From Octopus sinensis (Eukaryota): DNA of 64,000 nt. The stretch lies in contig NC_043002.1 of assembly GCF_006345805.1 (NCBI RefSeq), forward strand, positions 65,658,001 through 65,722,000, given 5' to 3'. The position numbers and the translations under genes were made by a program. Under the pieces are notes generated by a model. The model was given only the letters and a program-made list of their open reading frames with translations, had not been told where the DNA came from and ran no database searches. Below are positions 12,813-27,295 of this stretch, in pieces. Numbering within the stretch: the stretch's first letter is position 1; every line of letters begins with the position of its first letter.

Positions 12813-14799
12813 ATATATTTATGTTTTCTAGTTTTAAACATTTGACCTCTTCCCGTAAGAGAGGATCTGTTTTCCAACAAAGCCACAGAGCTCCACTGTT
12901 GGAGTGTAATAGTAAAAACAATTTCATATTTTGAACCTCAGAAAAGTTTCGTATATTTTTACTGTTCTGCTTACAGAATGTACTCGTAATGTTCACGTTA
13001 CCTTAGTGATTTCTTTTTCTTATTCTTTTTGTCTATTTTCTGAAAACCCCAGGTTGCCTAGATTGTCACTTAGGCATCTATGCAGTAAACCAAACCCACA
13101 AATTATCATTGTGGAATGAACGTGAATTTGTAATCTGTATGTAGAAGCTGGAGGTTTCGAAGGAGCTGTCCGTGTTAACCCTTTTCTGACCTTCATGACA
13201 GTATTAACTTCATCTTGTCAGTTCAAATCAAATAATATCCCTCCAGTTATGTTTGCACAGGGTAGGGATTTTGGTGGTAATGTTCCATCACTATTCCTTG
13301 TGTTGAAATTTATCTACATATATAAATGTATACATGCAGGTGTGTATATGTGTATGTACGCGTGCATGAATGAATGTACATGTGTGTGTCTTTATCTAAC
13401 TATCTGTATTGGTATGTTTTTTTCGACATTTTGATTCACATTATTAAAGCTAATACGGTCGGATGGTGACGAGATGACAATGTCGGAGAACTTGACCCAG
13501 AAACTGTCAGATATGCTGTGTGGAGGATCAGTTCGTTCCAGGGTTCCGGTTGGTGCATTTTTCGATATAATTGCGTTTTTTTTTTTACAGTTTTTTGTAT
13601 TTGAAATTTTAATGTTTTTTTTACATTTAGAAATGTCCATTGTTGTTTTATTTATTATTCAATTCCATCATCAGCATCATCATCATTATTACTATTATTA
13701 TTATTGTTGTTGTTGTTATTATTATTATTATTATTATTGTTATTATTATCATTATTGTTGTTGTTGTTGTGTTGTTGTTGTTGTTGTTGTTGTTGTGTTG
13801 TGTTGTTGTTGTTGTTGTTGTTGTTGTTATTACTGTTACTCGAAGTGGAATTTTCCCAAATATTTACAAGCGCCATGTTCGGCCATACGTTTCACTAGTT
13901 CCGCTTTTCATTCAATTTCTCTATTTATTTGTTTTTATTTCTCTATGTTGTGATTTTTTGGTTTATAGTTTTTTTGGGGTTTTGGTGTTTTTAATTTCTC
14001 TTTTGCTTTCTGTCAATGTTGTTGCTTTTGTTGTTTTTGGTGTGTATACTTAGTGTAATAATCATTATCACCCCCATCATCATTATCGTTGTTATCATTA
14101 TCATCATCGTCTTCATTGTCGTCGTCATCATCATCAACATCTTCTTCTTCATTTATACACATGCATGTGTATTTATACTTGTATATGTGAACATTCGTGG
14201 ATAAATTCCTATATACAGCATTATTTCTAAGTGTCCTACATTGTTATGATGACTATATATAGATATATATGTTTGTATGTATATGTATGTGTTTGTACAA
14301 ATTATTTGCTATTTTTATGCAAGAAAAGTATTTTATTCCTAATAAAGAAACAAACTGCATCGCTGAAGTTTGCATTCAGACAAATGAAATTTGAAGTAGA
14401 ACTTTAGGAAAATCTAACATATTTTACTTTTCCACCGACAGATTGTATTTACAAAGTGCAGGGTAGCTAACCATTTTCTTTTCTTGAAAATCGACGCATT
14501 TCGTGATTGTCTCTTAAACTTATAATGGTTTCAAATTTCGGCACAAGACCAGCAATTTCGAGCGAGGGATAAAGTTGATAACATTGACCCCAGTACTCAG
14601 CAATATTCTACTAATATTCCTTGAGTCGATATTTACCGTATTTTCTCGTGTATACGTCACATAATTTATCTTTGATTCTAACTGGGAAAAAATGAGATTG
14701 GTACTCATACACTTAGCAAGTCTAAAATTACGAAGGGAAAATATTTTGCACCAATGTATAGTACTAAATTATGGGTGTGATTTATTTGGAAATGGGTAA

Positions 14800-15355
14800 A
14801 GACACCTTCGATCATGACCATGGGATTGCACCTAGAAAGTTCCCCTTCAAGGCACAAAACCGAGCAAAGTTGTTTCGGGGAAGACCAGTAGTTGCACATC
14901 CATACCAGCTTCTCCTCTCCATGCCACTGATGTTAAATAAGGAACAGGTAAAGGCTGATACAGCTTGACACCAGTGACGTCTCAACTCATTTCTACAGCT
15001 GAGTGAACTGCTGTGTTCTTGCTCAAGAACACAACACACAGCCCAGTCCAGGAATCGAACTTACTATCTTATTATTGTGAGCCCGATATTCCAACGAGCA
15101 AGGTTGTTTATGGAAGACCACCATTCCCCTGTGCATATCAGCCTCATCTCTCCATGCCACTGATGTCATCCAAAAGAAAGCCAAAGGCCGATACAGCTTG
15201 GTATCTGTGACGTCGCAACTAATTTCTAAATCTGATTTGAACTGGAGCAACATGAAATAAAGTGTCTTGCTCAAGAGCACAACACACAGCCCGTCTGAGT
15301 TTCGAAATCATTACCTCATGAATGTGAGCCCAGCGCTCTAACCACCAGGTGTGCA
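14800..15355 (-). mobile_element. Adjacent SINE family C fragments
   Basis: Similar to 58510-58835 (GAACTGGAGCAACATGAAATAAAGTGTCTTGCTCAAGA, GCTCTAACCAC head). Confidence 0.75.
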
Positions 15356-16279
15356 TTCCATAACAAGAGTCTTGTTTAAATTCGTTTATTTCTACAGATG
15401 AATTTGTGTAATGTTTTATAAACATTATGGCGAGGGATTCCATTTTTAGAGCAGCAGCTGTCGTATATGTTATACATCTTTCAGTGGAACAACATAATCA
15501 AGTTTTTTGGTTGTTTTAGAGTTTCGCGGTTTCTTTTTATCGTAATGTATATCGTATTTGCTTTTACATAGTAAAAACATAACCTACGGAAAGTGAACTG
15601 ATGTAAAAGTGAAAGATCTCAGAGAAGGTGCACTCAAAGTTGCGAGAAACATTTAATATGGTAAACAGAGTGTTTCTCTTCCAGGTCTTTCTTGAAGTAC
15701 GATTGTCCTGCAACGAAACTGAAGGGTTCTACTTCATAGTCAACTTGGAGAGATCTCTGTACCTTGACTACTTGGTCTATATACTTATGTTTAGCCGACA
15801 TTCTTTAGCAAATGCCGTCTGTGTAATAACATACGACAATTAAACGCAGTTTGTCCTGATCTTAAACTCTCTCTATTCTACTGAGACAAAGTCTCTCAAT
15901 ATCACAATTTCTGTGGAAGCTTGCTGTGGAGTGTAAGGGTATTGTCGGTTATAATGCCCATGGAGTGAATTTTCCCTGTAAACCAGTCATTTATTGTCTT
16001 TGTTAGTATCAGTGCTACACTGCAAACGCGTTGTGAAATGTTATTTTATAAGAGGAAAAGCTGCTTCGACTGCTATGCCTGGCATTTTCAAAGTCATTGG
16101 CTAATTTATCTTTCATGTAACTCAATATCCAATGACACTTCACAGCATCTTGGTACATTATATTTTCATTAAAGACCATTAGCGAAATGGTTTGGGATTT
16201 AGTGCAACAATTATTCAACGGTCAAATCCCATCCCACTGTCCATAAAAAATATCTTTGCTAAATGCAGTCTTTCTCAAC

Positions 16280-16351
16280 GGGCATATGGCATAGTGGTTA
16301 AGAGCGCGAGCTACTAACCCCAAGATTCCGAGTTCGATTCCAGGCAGTGAT

Positions 16352-16425
<74 letters not shown>

Positions 16426-16426
16426 C

Positions 16427-16458
<32 letters not shown>

Positions 16459-16720
16459 GAATAATAATAATAATAATAATAATAATAAGAATAATAATAA
16501 TAATAATAATAATAACAACAACAACAACAACAACAACATCGAAAAATACCTTAGGAATGAGAACCCAGGTGCGAAATTTCCCCAAGATACCTGATGAAGG
16601 CTGGAGAGTATATCAGCCGAAACATTGTGTTAACAACAAAAAAGGATAAGGACAAATATCCGTCAAATGTAAATAATGTAAATAATGTACATAATTCCTC
16701 ATCTCTTAAATATAGAACTG
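16280..16720 (+). mobile_element. tRNA-headed SINE-like element with internal (AAT)n and a hammerhead-like 3' module
   Basis: A box TGGCATAGTGG (16287-16297), B box GAGTTCGATTCC (16330-16341). The terminal ~44 bp recurs at 18570-18613. Confidence 0.75.
16586..16631 (+). ncRNA. Minimal type I hammerhead ribozyme-like motif (probably mutated in this copy)
   Basis: GAUAC-CUGAUGA-A-GGCUG[loop]CAGCC-GAAA-CAUU-GUGUU. Stems I and II pair. CAUU replaces the expected palindromic CGUU. Confidence 0.6.
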
Positions 16721-17388
16721 TATTGTATATAATTATAGTAAAGTTTTTAGATTATCCACACTGAAATTATAGTTTGCATACAACCCACTAACCGTTTTAA
16801 CTGTATATGGGAACGTCTTAAAGTTTTATGTCTCTACAACCTTGGATGGCATATCGAGTAATATGCTTCAATTTATGTATAGAAAGTTCTAGAATGTCAT
16901 ATACCAAACTTGAGCATTAAGGGAGGCTTTAAAGGAAGAACTGGTCGATAGTGCCGGATTCCCTACATACCACCTTCGAAACATTAAACACATAGCATTG
17001 GATAAACCTAACCAAAATAGTGGACCAGTCAACAATACAATATTGCACTCAAGGAAACTCAGTCGCTACCAAGTCGATTATAGATCCACAATCAATTAAT
17101 AAAACTTGAACAAAGCTAAAACAAAGGTAATAAATAAATAAACAAAAATAAGACCGTATTCCAGATTGGTCGCAATGCATCGACCAAAACTAAGTAGTTA
17201 TAGGCACCCTGTCGGTCCTCGTGCACTTGACTCAAAGGAACAACCAACATATGATAGCTTTTGGGGCGGAAAGAACGCGACAAGGCTCTGCTGGTACTTA
17301 TTTCAACTAAGTAGTTTGCAGCAATGTGAAATAAAACACCTTGTTCAAGGGTATATCGTGATACCTCGCCAGGGAATCGAACCCATAA

Positions 17389-17775
17389 CTGCTGTGTTCT
17401 TGCTCAAGAACACAACACACAGCCCAGTCCAGGAATCGAACTTACTATCTTATTATTGTGAGCCCGATATTCCAACGAGCAAGGTTGTTTATGGAAGACC
17501 ACCATTCCCCTGTGCATATCAGCCTCATCTCTCCATGCCACTGATGTCATCCAAAAGAAAGCCAAAGGCCGATATAGCTTGGTATCTGTAAAGTCGCAAC
17601 TAATTTCTAAATCTGAGTGAACTGGAACAACATGAAATAAAGTGTCTTGCTCAAGAGCACAACACACAGCCCGTCTGAGTTTCGAAATCATTACCTCATG
17701 AATGTGAGCCCAGCGCTCTAACCACCAGGTGTGCATTCAATAAAAAGAGTCTTGTTTAAATTCGTTTATTTCTAC
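17389..17775. repeat. Near-identical direct duplicate of 15010-15395 (composite SINE C fragments plus flank)
   Basis: Same junctions and 3' flank (GAGTCTTGTTTAAATTCGTTTATTTCTACA) with few substitutions. Confidence 0.85.
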
Positions 17776-17878
17776 ACACGCACCCCTACATTCATATAAG
17801 AGAAGATATATTTATATATATACTTGTGTGTGTGTGTATGTGTGTGTGTGTGTGTGTGTTGCTAGCTAGCTAGCTAGC

Positions 17879-17968
<90 letters not shown>

Positions 17969-20900
17969 CATTGAATACATGCATTTGTATACATATATAA
18001 ATGCATGAATGTATACATGTATGTATCTATGTATGTAGATAGATTAAAATTTTTAAATAGTTTATGAGAAAATGCCATTTGTTTCAATGCAAGGAACTTG
18101 TCAAACGAAATGAAAATTTCAAACGGTTGGCTTATTTTATAGTTCCGTTAATAGAAGCTTCTAGAATACAATGTAAGCTGTTTACAACTCACTTCCAATG
18201 CTAATAGATATGCTTACATTTGGTCTTCTCTTACTCTCTACATAACCTTGATAGCTATCATAGCATCCTTTCTTCATCCCTCCATTTGTTTTCTCTCTTC
18301 ATTAACCGCTTTTATTTATGATGATTTATCTACATATTCTCTTAGGGGAAGAGATGGCAGAATCGTCAGCTCGCCGGACAAAGTGCTTGGTTGCGTTTCT
18401 TCCGACTTTTTACATTCTGAGTTCAAATTCCACCGAGGTCGACTTTGCCTTTCATCCTTTCGGAGTCGATTAATTAAATACTAATTGAGCCCTGGGATCG
18501 AGTTAATGGAACTGTCCTTGCTCCTAAAAACTTTTCATTTCAGTCATATTGCCTATAGAAGAAGAAGAATGTAAATACTGTACATGATTCCTTATCTCTT
18601 AAATATAGAACTGAGGGTGGTCATTACTGCTCTCTTTCAATAAGTAGCTGATATTTTATGATGTCACTCAGAGGTGTTTATATATATTTACACACTTCAT
18701 TTTAATTTATGCTTAATAAATGCTTCTTTATGGTGCACTGTTATCGAAATGCATGTCAGATCTCGGCTAAAACAATGCATGTTTCTTCGATATAACGTAT
18801 TTTAAATGTAATTAACCGTGTAATGATATTCTAAGCCTTTGTATATTTCATGAGACAATGAATCTACATCTGAAGTGTCCTCTTCCAAAGTGCAGGTCTG
18901 GACATTTCCTGTCTTTTTTGTTTGTTTGTTTTTTTTTACTTTTTTTGAGGGTGGTGTCTACCAGTTACCCCAAAATGGTCCCAGTTTTGTCGATCACGTT
19001 GAACAAGTACCGCAACAAGTCTGTTGATCTAACAATTCCATTTATCGACCCTCAAAAGGATGAAAGCTAAAGCTGGCCTTAGTGTGATGTGAACTCAGGA
19101 CGCTGAAAGTTGGAATAAGTAACACAAGATATTTAGCTGATGCTCTTACGAACTGCCTTGAGTACTGTTTCTCATATCATCTTTCATGGTAGTGAATGCG
19201 TTTTTACCTCAGCATCAGATTACTCTATGGGAATGGGTTTAATAAATTTTCTAGAATTTTTGCTATTTTAAACCGTAATTTGAAGATGAAAATTTTGCGT
19301 TTGGCTTTTTGCCATAATTTAGTCAAAAATATTGCAACTAATTTTAGTCAATTTTTCTGTTAATTTATTCCGATAAAATTGAACAGGAATTGACTGGCGA
19401 CAAGATAACACTTTCTATTTTAAAATTATGTAAGGTTGTCTCTAAGCACAGCAATTTTAAGCAAATGGCAAAATATGCATTAACATTTCTGGCCCCCATT
19501 AGTTAATACATGGTGTTGTTTCTTTGCTGGTGGTTGTCAACACAAACTAAGAAAAATAATTCAAATTCTAATGCTGCCATTAGATTTAAATCACACACTT
19601 TGGAAAATTGAATGTGTTATATGTACGGTTGTCACTGTTAGAAGTAAAGTGCTAAGCGAGTTTAAACAGCTGTCGTCGATGCTAACAAAACTAACACATT
19701 TTTGCTATTCCAACAGCAAAATGAGTAAATTGCTTTAATGAAGCACAAGGAAATAAAACAAAATTACCTTGAAATTTAATGAGAGTTAGTGTATTGTTGT
19801 GTATTTAGTTCCCACATTTACATACTTTAAACAGTTTGCCGATGTGAATATCTTGATTAAAAAGGTCGAAAGGGCACAAGAAAATTTCATGCAATATTAT
19901 CTAAAGCAAGTGAGCATGACAAACAGCCTAACCCTTTCCAAGCAATATCAACTAGAAGTGTTGAACTTAGCTGGAGAAGCCAAACAAACACCCGTTAATT
20001 TAACGGTTTTCTCGCTTATAATTACGATGCTTCGGCCTTTGAGAATTAAGATTTTAACTACAGACGCAACCCAATGACATTGATGTATTCCAAACCCTCG
20101 ACTTTGCAAACTAGTACCCTATCAGCTCAAATATGTACGCGTTGTAATTAAACCAACCATGGCATCATACGAAGCCGCTTGATCGGCTAGAATTATTAGC
20201 TAAACAGCCCTCAGTTTACACGCTACCAGCTTATAAACAAGCAATTGCATTAGATCACGAGGTCTAAACCTTTTAGCATTCAGATAACTCAGTCAAATAT
20301 AATGCTTATTAATTCACATTGATTTCAATTAATTATGCATTATCTCGTAGTATTGAGATTCCAATGACGTGACTGTTTATTTTTAGAATGATATTGTAGG
20401 TTAAATGGGAGAGGCCGGATCAGGTAGAGTATCCTAGTTGGACATGGTTGGTTTAAATGCAAACGAGTTAACACTAAGTCTAAAAATAAGAAGCTATGAT
20501 GACGACCGTACATTTGTCACTCAACTTAATCATTGGGTTAAGCAAGCAAAGTTATGACTTATATGATATATTAAATAAGAGGCTTAGTTTTGAATATGGA
20601 TCGAAATGGGTAACATAATCTATGATGCACATGGCATATTCCACTGAAAGCTCAACACACAAAACACAGAAAACCTCCTTAAGATCAAATAGGATTTTAT
20701 ATCATGCGCTAGATATTGTTTGTGTCCAATACTCAGGCGGTTAAATATACGCATGCGCGCACCCATGTGTGTGTGTAATGTATGTATGTATGTATGTATG
20801 TAGGTATATATATAGGTAAACAGTAAAATTAAATACAGACATGGACAAGAACATGAAACACCACAGAGACGACACAAGAACCACAGGACGGGACATTCGA

Positions 20901-21210
20901 AGCCCTCAGTCATCAGTCAAGAACCAGATCATCCTAATATATATATATATATATATACATACATACATACAGTTCCAGCTGAGAGCTGCGGCTATGCTGA
21001 TGCACCGCCGTTTTGCTGCACTGTTATTACTGAGAGCCTCCTCCAATATGTGGCACTTGGTGAAGAATTGAGTTTGATGTACCTACTCTCATTTGCACCT
21101 CTTGTCGTGAGGTAGGTTCATCTGGGACTCTCGACAGGAAGAGGTCCAGCTTTGATTTAAAAACACCTACCTCTACTTTGTGCAGGTTCCTCAGGCTCTC
21201 ATATATATAA

Positions 21211-21243
<33 letters not shown>

Positions 21244-21763
21244 CTAGCAGAGATACCCGGCGTTGCCCGGTTACATTCAATTGAAAAATTAGACTTTTCT
21301 GTTATATTTTCTGTAATGAACTGAAATATCTATGTTTCGAATTTCATCAAAATTGCAGATGAGGGTTATTTCCCTCTTTACACACCCTAAAAAATTTGTA
21401 ATCGTTCCACGTGTATCCCATACTACTGATTTGTATGCGCATATTCCAAAATTACAGTGTTATTGAACCTGTTAAAAAGATTATGCTCCTACAAAATGAA
21501 GGTCATGGAGCTCTAAAATGTGAGAGTTAAGGCCTCTGTTGGGGGTGGGCATCTTAATGTCAACCAGAGATGTTGAATTGTTGAAAATCGTTTTAACTTG
21601 GATCTTATATCTATTGTTTGAATTTCTATGAAATAGGAAATATATGTTCACTGGGTTTGTAAAAGAGAGCAAAGCTACAGGAAACCAAAAGACGAATGAA
21701 CACAATAAGCAGTCAGTTACCCTACCCTAGTCGTTACTTGAAGTACCGGTTCAAGAACTATGT

Positions 21764-21821
<58 letters not shown>

Positions 21822-22138
21822 TATATATATATTATATATATATATATATAATATATATATATATATATGTATGCATGTGTGTGTGTATACATATATGTAT
21901 ACACACACACACACAAATACACAACACACACACACACATACACAAACACACACACACACTCACACAAAGATAAATTGATAGATATAACTGAGTGGGCAAA
22001 CAAAAATAGGAGACACTTCGTAGTGTTATTCTATCGGTCTGTTTTGCCGAACCGCTAATTTACGGGGACGTAACACACCAGCATCGGTTGTCAAGCGATG
22101 TTGGGAGGACAAACACAGACACACAAACATATAAACAC

Positions 22139-22179
<41 letters not shown>

Positions 22180-22828
22180 GACGGGATTTTTTTAGTTTCC
22201 GTCTACCAAATCCACTCACACAGCTTTGGTCGGCCTGAGGCTATAGTGGAAGACACTTGACCAAGGTGCCACGCAGTGGGACTGAAACAGGAACCATGTG
22301 GTTAGCAAGCAAGCTACTTACCACACAGCTACGCCTACAGCCACACCTACTTACATATATTCATACATATACATACAATTGATTTTTTTCAGTTTCTGTC
22401 TACAAAATCCACTGACAAGGCTTTGGTTGGTCTCAGGCTATAGCAGAAGACACATGCCAAGTGACCACACAGTGGGACTGAACTGAGGACCATGTGATTT
22501 GGAACCAAGTTTGTTACCACACAGCCACACCTGCACCTATGTATGTATGTGTGTGTGTGTGTGCGTGTGTGTGTTTGTCTGTGTGTGTGGGGGTGGGTGG
22601 GTAGGTGGATCTGTGTGTGTATGGGTGTATATATGTATGCATGTATATATATGTATATATATGTGTACATATTACATGTACATCTATATATACATCTAGA
22701 CATACATGTTTACATATACATGAATATCTATAGAAATACATCTATACATATACATGTATACATATACAGCTATACATATACATGTATACATATACATCTA
22801 TATATATACATGTATATATATATATATG

Positions 22829-22871
<43 letters not shown>

Positions 22872-23270
22872 TATACATATATATACATATATATATATAT
22901 ATATACATATACATACAATAGAGAGATGCTTATGTTTCATTTTTAACACGTAATACTGAAATAGTGGAGGAGAAGATGTGATATTGGTGTGGGCTCGCCC
23001 TAGGCAAGAAGTTAAACATTTTTTTTGCCCACGACACTACATGGACCCTATGTAAGGCATGTGTAAAATTTGAATGAAGTTGGTTGTGTAGTACTCTAGT
23101 TTTAGGGATTCATATTGGAGAAGATATGATATTGCTATGGGCTCGCCATAGGCAAGAAGTTAAAAAAAAATTTTACCCATGACACTCCTTGGACCCTAAG
23201 TAAAGCATGTGTAAAATTTGAATGGAATTGGTTTCAGGGCTTCACAGAGACAGACAGACACACATTCTCA

Positions 23271-23280
<10 letters not shown>
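21244..23280 (-). mobile_element. Non-autonomous Helitron-like element 1 (nested SINE A copies; ~140-bp internal tandem at 22965-23235)
   Basis: Minus-strand 3' end CCGGGCAACGCCGGG hairpin-like motif followed by CTAG|T at 21244. Presumed 5' end (CAGTTTTATA on +) dissolves into (TA)n. Confidence 0.6.
22020..22535 (-). mobile_element. Two SINE family A copies (one partial, one head only)
   Basis: Reverse complement of the family A head and middle. Confidence 0.8.
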
Positions 23281-23343
<63 letters not shown>

Positions 23344-23346
23344 ATA

Positions 23347-24418
23347 CTAGCTTAAGGTGACCCGCTCTACGCGCGGGAAAGAGTGTGGTTGTTATTTTCT
23401 GTTGCATCCTTTCGGCACGTAAAAAGCACCGTCCGAACGTGGCCGCTTCCAGTGCTCCTCCCCTCGTGGCACCTGTGCCGGTGGCACGAAAAAAGCACCC
23501 ACTACAATCACGGAGTGGTTGGCGTTTGGAAGGGCATCCAGCTGTAGAAACACTGCCAGATCAGACTGGATCCTGGTGCAGTCTCCTGGCTCCCCTGGTC
23601 CCGGTCAAACCGTCCAACCCGTGCTAGCACGGAAAACGGACGTTAAACGATGATGATGATGATTCTCCCTGTTTGTTTCTCTCTCCTTTCTCTCTCCCTT
23701 TCTCACTCTCTTACTCTTCCTTTCTCTCGGACTCTCCCTCGCTTTCTCTTACTCTCTATCTTTCTCTTTCTATCTCTCTCCCATTTATAAACAACAAAAG
23801 ATCTTGAGTAAGTTGCGAAAGAAAGTAGTTTGAAAGATCAATCATAAATATCAGGCAGTGACAACGGAAAGTTCTGCTTCAAGGCAGAAAGCAAAACACT
23901 AACATTTAAAAGGGACAGACGAACTTGCGAGCTGAATAAAAATTTTAAAAATATTGGAAACCAAAGTTTGAAAGGATAGAATCTGAGGATAGTAGAGTCA
24001 CCATGGCTGGCATTTCTTAACGACGGACAGTAACATAGTGGCCGTTTAACGGCTGGCGTAAAAATTTGAACTTGATGTGAAAGAAAATTCGTAAACACCA
24101 AGCTTTGAAGTGATTCTTTCTCACGACAGTAGACTCACCATGGCAAGCATTATGTGTGTGTACGCATTATATATACAAATGTATACAAATAAATTAAATT
24201 AGAGATAAAACCACTATTAGGCAAATCAAACAGTGAAAAACATAAACGAAAACATAAAAATAAAAATATAATATACAAAATATATAAAATATAAAATTTA
24301 AAAATTTAAATTATTTAAATTTAAAATGAAAATTATTAATTCATATTTATAATTTTTTTTTAATATATATAACTATCAAAAAGTATTAAAAAGTTTAATA
24401 TACATATTTATATATAGA

Positions 24419-24449
<31 letters not shown>

Positions 24450-24948
24450 AATTAACCCAATAAATATCTGATTCATAATATTTGTTCTCATGATTGTGTT
24501 GTGGTGGTGGCGATGATAATTCTGTTTATGAATGCAGACAGAAGTAGAGAGAGAGAGAGTGTGAAAGCGCTGTCGAAGGTGGGGAGGAGGGGGAGATACA
24601 GAACGCTCTTTCACGACGTTATAAAGAGAAAGTGAAGAGGAGTTAGACGCTGTTAAACAACGTTATATATAGAAAGTGATGGGAAGGGAAGAAAGAGAAT
24701 GAGTGACGGAGGAAGACAGATACATAAAAGAATGCGAGTAGACTTGTCAAAGTGAGTTTTTGGCCCTAGCAACGACACCTTTTAAGATGGAGGTTTCTAA
24801 CCTAGCCCATTCTCATCTTCACCTCATTTTACATGTCCCTGTAAATTTTGGAGTCAATCCGACGGGATCTAGTGGCCTTTAACCCGTTCTAATGCCAAAA
24901 ACCAGGCAAACAAACAAACTTTTCGCATTTCAGTTTTATAAATAGAGA
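23347..24948 (-). mobile_element. Non-autonomous Helitron-like element 2
   Basis: Minus strand begins A|TC at 24948 and ends with a CCCGC-GCGTAGA-GCGGG hairpin then CTAG|T at 23347. No TSD, consistent with A^T insertion. Confidence 0.7.
23411..23663 (+). mobile_element. SINE/RTE-type 3' fragment nested in Helitron 2
   Basis: GGAAGGGCATCCAGCTGTAGAAAC..ACGGACGTTAAAC followed by a (GAT)n tail. Confidence 0.6.
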
Positions 24949-26044
24949 TTGCAGGCTAATGCAAGACTCACATTAAACTCCTCATTCGTATCACGTTCGA
25001 AACAAGAATTTAACTCTGTACTTACTTCGCAGTACCTGCCACTCTTTGGGTATTCTAGATACCGATACCTTATGTATATATATATATATAGATATATATA
25101 TATATATATATATAATATATATATATATATACGTGTGTGTGTGTGTGTATGTGTGTATACATATATATATATGTATATATATATGTACCGTTAAAATAGT
25201 GGCTTAGGAAGCATTAAAAGTGTTGTCTACTTTGTCGTTTTAAAACTTTAATCTTCTACAGAGAGAGATTGTATATTTTGATAGCAAGGATAATCACAGT
25301 TTATCGAAGCTGTACTAATTTTTTTTAGCTCATTATATTGCAGATATGAAGCTCTACTTCTTGTACATGTATTTAGCATGAAAAACTACCATTAAAAACA
25401 AAATATTTTTCCTAGCCATATTGTTGACATACCATTGTAAACCGACCAATATGGAGCGAGAAAATATAATACTGAAACTACACAAAAGATCCATCATATT
25501 ACCCGAAGCTAACATGCAGTGTAAAATCATTCTGATTCTCAAAGAATGTTTTAAGTACCGGCATGATGGTGGCGCCAGTTTCGTGGGTGTTAATCAAATA
25601 GAGAGAAAAATAATAAATGCAATGTGGTTGAAGATAAAACACCTTAGGTAAATGTTGAACGTTCTGCATATTAAGTATAAATACGGTAGGGTCTCAGATA
25701 TGTAGCATGACGAGTTACGTATAGAGAATGTGGAGAATAAATAGAAAATATAGAAAATAGAATATACAGAATACAGAGAATGTAGTGAATATAATGGCGT
25801 CACTATGTACGAATATAATACGGAACTTAGTTCGTTAATCAAATTGTTCGTAACACAATTCGAATTCATATAAATAGGTGTAATCCGTTCGAAGCCACAC
25901 TTAGACTCCGCAAAAAGGCATGAAATGATGTTTTAATTGTCCATCCATCAATGGCATATTCATGAATGCATACATGAGTGTGTGTGTATGTATGTGTGTG
26001 TGTGTGTGTGAGAGAGAGAGAAAGAGAGCGAGAGAGAGAGAGAG

Positions 26045-26079
<35 letters not shown>

Positions 26080-26494
26080 CCCTCGGTGTTACTTCTGTTG
26101 ATTCATTGTTATGCTTTTAGATGGAGGAGACACAGTTTTACAAAATTATCATGATGGAATATTCTTTCTTAGACAACGGAATATGGCGTTTTTCGACGTC
26201 TTGCTAGCTTCCTGTCCGTGGACGTTAACGAACTATTTCTGTACGTCCTCCCAGCCAATTATATTCGTGCGAAAATCTACTCGTCGTTCGTTGATCAATT
26301 TTCAGCACGTTATGCGAGCTTAATTCCGTTCAGAAAACCCATTCGTTATTAAATTTGCTTGCTTAGAAAACCGTTCTTATACGGGTAGCGCACTATATAT
26401 AGTGAGTACAGTGAATATAGAGAATATATCGAATCTAAAAACAACAGACAAGGGATATAACTCTAGTTCAAAATGTTTGACCATTTTAGATAAT

Positions 26495-26789
26495 GCGGTG
26501 TGGTTGTCAGGTAAAAAAGTTTACTTTCCAACAACATGGTTCCAGGTTCAGTCCCACTGCTTGGCATTTTAGGCAAGTGTATTTTACTGTAGCCCTACGC
26601 TGACTTGTGAGAGGATTTGGTAGACGGAAATTGAAAGAAACCCCTCGTGTATATGTATATATATATGTGTGTGTATTCTTGTGTGTGCGTGTGTTCATGT
26701 ATGCAAGTATGTATATAGATATATATCTCTATGTATGTATCTCTGACTCTCTCTCTCTTTCTTTCTCTGCTCTCTTTCTCTCTCTCTCC

Positions 26790-26828
<39 letters not shown>

Positions 26829-27295
26829 CATATATATTTGCATGCCTGAATGTATATGTATATTTTTATGTATATATGTGTGGGTGTATGTATGTGTGTC
26901 TGTATGTGTGTGCGTGTGTGTGTGTGCATGTATGTATGTATGTATATAAATCTATAAATGTATGTATATAAATATATATATCTGTATGTATGTACGTATA
27001 TATTGATATGTATATATGCGTGTATATATGTGTCTGTATGTGTGTGTGTATTTGTCGGTGTGTGTGTTTGTGTGTCTATGTGTGTGTGTGTGTGTGTTTG
27101 CTTATCACCCACCACCGCTTTATAATCGTTGTTTTTTTTTCTTTTTACGTTCCCGTAACCTAGCATTTCGGCAAAAGACAACAATGGAATAAGTACCAGG
27201 CTTTACAAAAAGAATAAGCATTTGAGACAATTGTTTCGACCTTCAAGGCAGTGCTCCAGCATGGCTGCAGTCTAATGTCTAAAACAAGTGAAAGA
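26495..27295 (+). mobile_element. SINE family A copy with greatly expanded internal microsatellite
   Basis: Head 26495-26648, ~450 bp of simple repeats, tail 27095-27295. Confidence 0.8.

Noticed and set aside
13392-13640. Possible coding exon in unique GC-richer sequence
   Set aside because: No recognisable protein motif or clear splice-site pair; needs RNA-seq.
16280-16353. Functional tRNA gene
   Set aside because: A/B boxes are present, but the acceptor stem does not pair and it runs into (AAT)n. It is a SINE head.
20860-20935. Minus-strand CTGATGA..CGAA hammerhead-like motif
   Set aside because: No GAAA, and stems I and II cannot be formed convincingly.
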